Below are positions 60,901-64,000 of a stretch of DNA of 64,000 nt, piece by piece. Each line of letters opens with the position of its first letter. Within the stretch, counting starts at the first letter, position 1. The DNA comes from Macrostomum lignano (Eukaryota). The translations under genes and the position numbers were made by a program. The notes beneath the pieces are model-generated. The model was not told the origin of the DNA. It did not search any database and saw only the letters and a program-made list of their open reading frames with translations. The stretch lies in the NCBI GenBank assembly GCA_002269645.1, contig NIVC01001899.1:62001-126000 (forward strand), read 5' to 3'.

Positions 60901-62448
60901 GATCGACGAGGGCGCAGGTTCGGCCGCCACTGCAGCGACGGTGGCGCGGCTCACCAGGACGGATGCGGTGCTAGGGCGCGTGCTGCGCTGTCTGCAGACG
61001 GGTTCGACCATCTGCGCCGACCTGACCGACTTGGCCAGGCGCCAGAGCGAGCTGTCAATTGACCAGGGCTGCGTGCTGTGGGGCGCTCGAGTTGTGGTGC
61101 CAGCCGCCTTGCGACAACAAGTGTTGAACGAGCTGCACCAAGCCCACCCTGGCATCAGCCGCATGCGCGCCCTCGCGAGAAGCTACGTCTGGTGGCCAAG
61201 TATCGACAAAGACCTGGAAGCCGCAGTAAAAGCCTGTCGCACCTGCCAGTTCAATCAGGCGGATCCATCCAAGGCCCCAGTGCAGCCTTGGCCATTCCCG
61301 ACTGAGCCATGGGAGCGGTTGCACATCGACTACGCGGGACCTGTGGACGGCCGCACTTACCTGGTCCTGGTCGATGCGCACAGTAAGTGGCCAGAGGTGC
61401 ACAGGATGAGCAGCACCACTGCAACTGCGACGATCAGCTGTCTGCGAGAAATCTTCGCTCGTCTCGGCCTACCGAGAACCTTGGTGTCGGACAACGGGCC
61501 ACAATTCGCTTCGGCCGAGTTCGCTGAGTTCGTCAGTTCCAACGGCATCCGGCACATCTTCTCGGCGCCATTCCACCCGGCGACCAACGGCCAGGCCGAG
61601 CGCTTCGTCCAGGTGCTGAAGCGGCATCTGAGTAAGTGCGGTCACTCCGACGCGCAACTTCAACGACTGCTGATGGCCTATCGCAACACTCCGCACAGCG
61701 TCAGTGGCACCGCGCCGAGTCAGCTGCTCATTGGCCGCCGGCTGCGCAGCCGGCTGGACCTCCTGACACCATCGTTGACTTCGGCCATGCAACAGCGACA
61801 GCAGCATCAGCTTCAGCAACAGCGGCCAGCGCGCCAGTTCCAGCCTGGAGATCGTGTGCTCTACCGCGATTTCAGCACTGCTGCTCGTTCAGGAGAAAGC
61901 AGTCGCTGGGCCGAAGGTGTCATTGTCAATGCCGGCACTCGCAACTGCACAGTCGATTCTGGGCGCGGCGTACAAGCGCGACACGCTGACCAGCTGCTGG
62001 CGGCTCCCGCTGGGCTGGCCGAGTCGAACAGCAGCACAACCCCGGCCGAGGACTGCGCGGCACCTGACGTTGGCGGCACGTCTACCTCGCCGCAGGCAGA
62101 CACGGCTGACTCTGCTAACGAGGCACCCCGGCGCTACCCGACTCGAGTTCGAGCACCACCTGACAGATTGATGCTGCAGTGAGGGTGTTAACTTAGGGGG
62201 GAGATGTGACATAGTGACACGATGAACTTTGCTATAGGTTGCATGCACTGTAGTGTTGACTCACTAGCAGTGAAGTTGTTATTGATCGGCTTAGAGATTG
62301 TATTTTATTCCACCCCACCCCATGCGCGCGTTTGAATCTGTCTGCACCCACCACCTCAGTGCTAAATAAACAGCCTAGCTCTCAAGCGAGCACCTTTTAC
62401 TCACTCCTGCAATTCCACACTTCTGCCTCGCTTAACAAAGTTATCACA
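57997..62448 (+). mobile_element. Full-length Ty3/Gypsy LTR retrotransposon
   Basis: LTRs 57997-58225 and 62205-62448 (TG..CA). 5-bp TSD gatgc at 57992-57996 and 62449-62453. PBS TGGCGACGAG at 58227-58236; PPT aggggggaga at 62195-62204. Confidence 0.97.
58226..62182 (+). CDS. Gypsy gag-pol polyprotein, 1318 aa, single intact ORF
   Basis: Two zinc knuckles (CKSCGGSH..C, CHACGKVGHIRKVC), protease DTGS, RT KLDLSNAF..FVDD, RNase H CDAS..TDH, integrase HQAHPG..CRTC / IDYAG / SDNGPQF / AERFV. Confidence 0.96.
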   Translation: MATSLPTLGQLLPSTNIEIFLERLEQYFICKEVKDEAKVATLITSIGEEAYITLRSLCQPVQVAQKSYADLKKLLTTHFAPKPSELAARFRFQQRTQQAGESFTAFIAGLQALSADCNFGESLNERLRDQLVFGLRSDAYRAKLLEVVEPTFESLQTKAMSLESAERSSLEMSQRASESVANLQFVSKRGSRKQVTPSAHHRGHRVSGSDNGGSGNGGSGNGSGNGSGNGGGGSSCKSCGGSHERHSCKFRDAKCHACGKVGHIRKVCQSTKQAKLHMLQEERMAPTVEGACDTQVPIFAVRPTGRNAGPTVMLLVNGQECQFVIDTGSAVTLMPQQLQQKLLPQLQLAPSAAVLRTFTNERFHPRGQATVCVQHNAQQLQLPLLVVDKGDTALLGRDWLAHLRLDWPTIMAQVHAVSTDSDISDLHERFAAVFEDRLGEYRHGKVRLNVVDGAQPRFFKARPVPYALRERVDEELQRLEANGIISAVKHSDWASPIVPVVKKDGGVRICGDYTQTFNPACLTEQYPLPKIEDLFAKLGGGCKWTKLDLSNAFLQLPLAEDSKAFVTINTPKGLYQFNRMPFGIKCATAIFQRTLDTLLGDLDSVQVFVDDILVTGKTMHQHKKNLEEVLQRLLDSGLRLNKQKSQFFMDSVEYLGYRIDACGLSPLTDRVAAIQDAPAPKDISQLRSFLGMLTQYGRFLPNLSTVVAPLNQLLAKDVCWTWNKPQQTAFSEAKRLLLHSPVLVHYNPDLPLRLECDASPYGVGVVLSHRIDNKDCAVAFASRTLNAAQRGYSQLDKEALAIMFGLHRFHQFLYGRRFTIVTDHLPLLGLLGERKGIPAHAAARMQRWAIRLASYDYALEFRPTEKHANCDSLSRLPLPQQFEEETAVNSLLIDEGAGSAATAATVARLTRTDAVLGRVLRCLQTGSTICADLTDLARRQSELSIDQGCVLWGARVVVPAALRQQVLNELHQAHPGISRMRALARSYVWWPSIDKDLEAAVKACRTCQFNQADPSKAPVQPWPFPTEPWERLHIDYAGPVDGRTYLVLVDAHSKWPEVHRMSSTTATATISCLREIFARLGLPRTLVSDNGPQFASAEFAEFVSSNGIRHIFSAPFHPATNGQAERFVQVLKRHLSKCGHSDAQLQRLLMAYRNTPHSVSGTAPSQLLIGRRLRSRLDLLTPSLTSAMQQRQQHQLQQQRPARQFQPGDRVLYRDFSTAARSGESSRWAEGVIVNAGTRNCTVDSGRGVQARHADQLLAAPAGLAESNSSTTPAEDCAAPDVGGTSTSPQADTADSANEAPRRYPTRVRAPPDRLMLQ

Positions 62449-63050
62449 GATGCCAATTGGCTAAATGAGAAGTTGCTAAGATGCCAATTGGCTAAATGAG
62501 AAGTTGCTGAGATTCTAATTGGCTAAATGAGAAGTTGCTGAGATTCCAATTGGCTAAATGAGAATTTGCTGAGACGCCAATTGGCTAAATGAGAAGTTGC
62601 TGAGACGCCAATTGGCTAAATGAGAAGTTGCTGAGACGCCAATTGGCTAAATGAGAAGTTGCTAAGATGCCAATTGGCTAAATGAGAAGTTGCTAAGATG
62701 CCAATTGGCTAAATGAGAAGTTGCTAAGATGCCAATTGGCTAAATGAGAAGTTGCTAAGATGCCAATTGGCTAAATGAGAAGTTGCTAAGATGCCAATTG
62801 GCTAAATGAGAAGTTGCTAAGATGCCAATTGGCTAAATGAGAAGTTGCTAAGATGCCAATTGGCTAAATGAGAAGTTGCTGAGATTCTAATTGGCTAAAT
62901 GAGAAGTTGCTAAGATGCCAATTGGCTAAATGAGAAGTTGCTGAGATTCTAATTGGCTAAATGAGAAGTTGCTGAGATTCCAATTGGCTAAATGAGAATT
63001 TGCTGAGACGCCAATTGGCTAAATGAGAAGTTGCTGAGATGCCAATTGGC
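62449..63050. repeat. 31-bp minisatellite (gatgccaattggctaaatgagaagttgctaa)n
   Basis: About 19 units. A degenerate unit also lies left of the Gypsy 5' LTR (57960-57996). Confidence 0.95.
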
Positions 63051-63276
63051 TCAAGGAAGAGTTGCTAAGGATGCCAATTGGAATCAAGAGATGCTGATAT
63101 CTTATGCAAGATATGCAAGCCTTCAGGGCTCATGTTCTGAAATATTGAAATAAAGAAAGCTACGAGTACAATGCTTTATACGTGTATTGCATATTCAAAA
63201 AATAGTTCTCCTTTGTTGCCTCCCAACAATATGTCGAAGATTGCTAAGTTTTACTCTATAAAGACCTGCTTACCAA

Positions 63277-63832
63277 CAGTGGTGTGATTCAGGCGCGAAA
63301 ATGGCGCGAATGCGCGAATCCTGGGGGTCTGGCGCGAAATTTTGTGGAACCATGGGCGCGAAAATTGCATTCTTATTTTCTGCTTTTTACACTTATTCTC
63401 TTGTCAGACAGTATAAAATACAAGAATGTCATAGCTTAGGAGATTAATCTAACTGCTGCTTCACGAGTTGACGGCGGCCACCAAGAGCAAGGACGCCGAG
63501 ATTGAAGAACTGAGGCGTCAGCAGCATAATGTGCAGAAGAAGAAGCAGAAGGAGGCAGAGAAGCTAGCTGAGCTCGTCTTGAAGCGCAAGGCTGCTGAGC
63601 TGCTGTCAACGTCGTCAATCACCAGCAGGAGCAGTCGTCTGCCTGCAGACATCGCCAACAAGAAGTTCAGGCGGGACACGGCTGGGACTTGAGAGACATG
63701 CTAATTGGTAGCCAGACGCATCTTCAAAAGTGTCATCAATTGACTTATTTGGCTGTCAGTAGAATGTTATTGGCATGGCGCGAAAATTTCCAGTCGGCGC
63801 GAAATTTGGCAAACTTTCCAATCACACCACTG
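63277..63832. mobile_element. Non-autonomous hAT-type element (556 bp)
   Basis: Perfect 13-bp TIR cagtggtgtgatt / aatcacaccactg. 8-bp TSD cttaccaa at 63269-63276 and 63833-63840. Subterminal GCGCGAA repeats at both ends. Confidence 0.9.
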
Positions 63833-64000
63833 CTTACCAACACCAACTGGGTTAAAACGTCCTTCTCGTTCAAGCTCTCAGACTGAGGCCATTTTTGCGT
63901 AGATTACTGATCATAAAATCGCGAAAATGGAAACGATGTCTTGGAAATCGTATTATGTACGTACATTTTTTTATATTCAATCCAAGCTGACAACGTAAAA

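Overview
Eukaryotic (animal) genomic DNA with GC-rich exons and minisatellite-filled introns. The style suggests a free-living flatworm such as Macrostomum, but this is an inference. By hand-checking GT-AG junctions and reading-frame phase I reconstructed six host genes: an intronless class A GPCR (+), syntenin (-, 2 exons), a 14-exon ~1936-aa DUF4062-NACHT-WD40 (NWD1/2-like STAND) gene (-), GRHPR (+, first exon not found), TRIM23/ARD1 (+, 6 exons) and WDR41 (+, 4 exons). Mobile DNA comprises one intact Gypsy LTR element with 5-bp TSD, a 5'-truncated Gypsy present as two tandem copies inside TRIM23 intron 2, two hAT-type elements with 8-bp TSDs, two copies of a MITE with 9-bp TSDs and a tRNA-derived CORE-type SINE. 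There are more than 25 distinct tandem arrays (16-51 bp units). The most striking unexplained signal is a ~7-kb CpG desert between the NWD-like gene and GRHPR. Its internal duplicates differ mainly by C>T/G>A changes at CpG and CpA, a RIP-like or methylation-deamination signature. Counts are by hand; no database searches were run.
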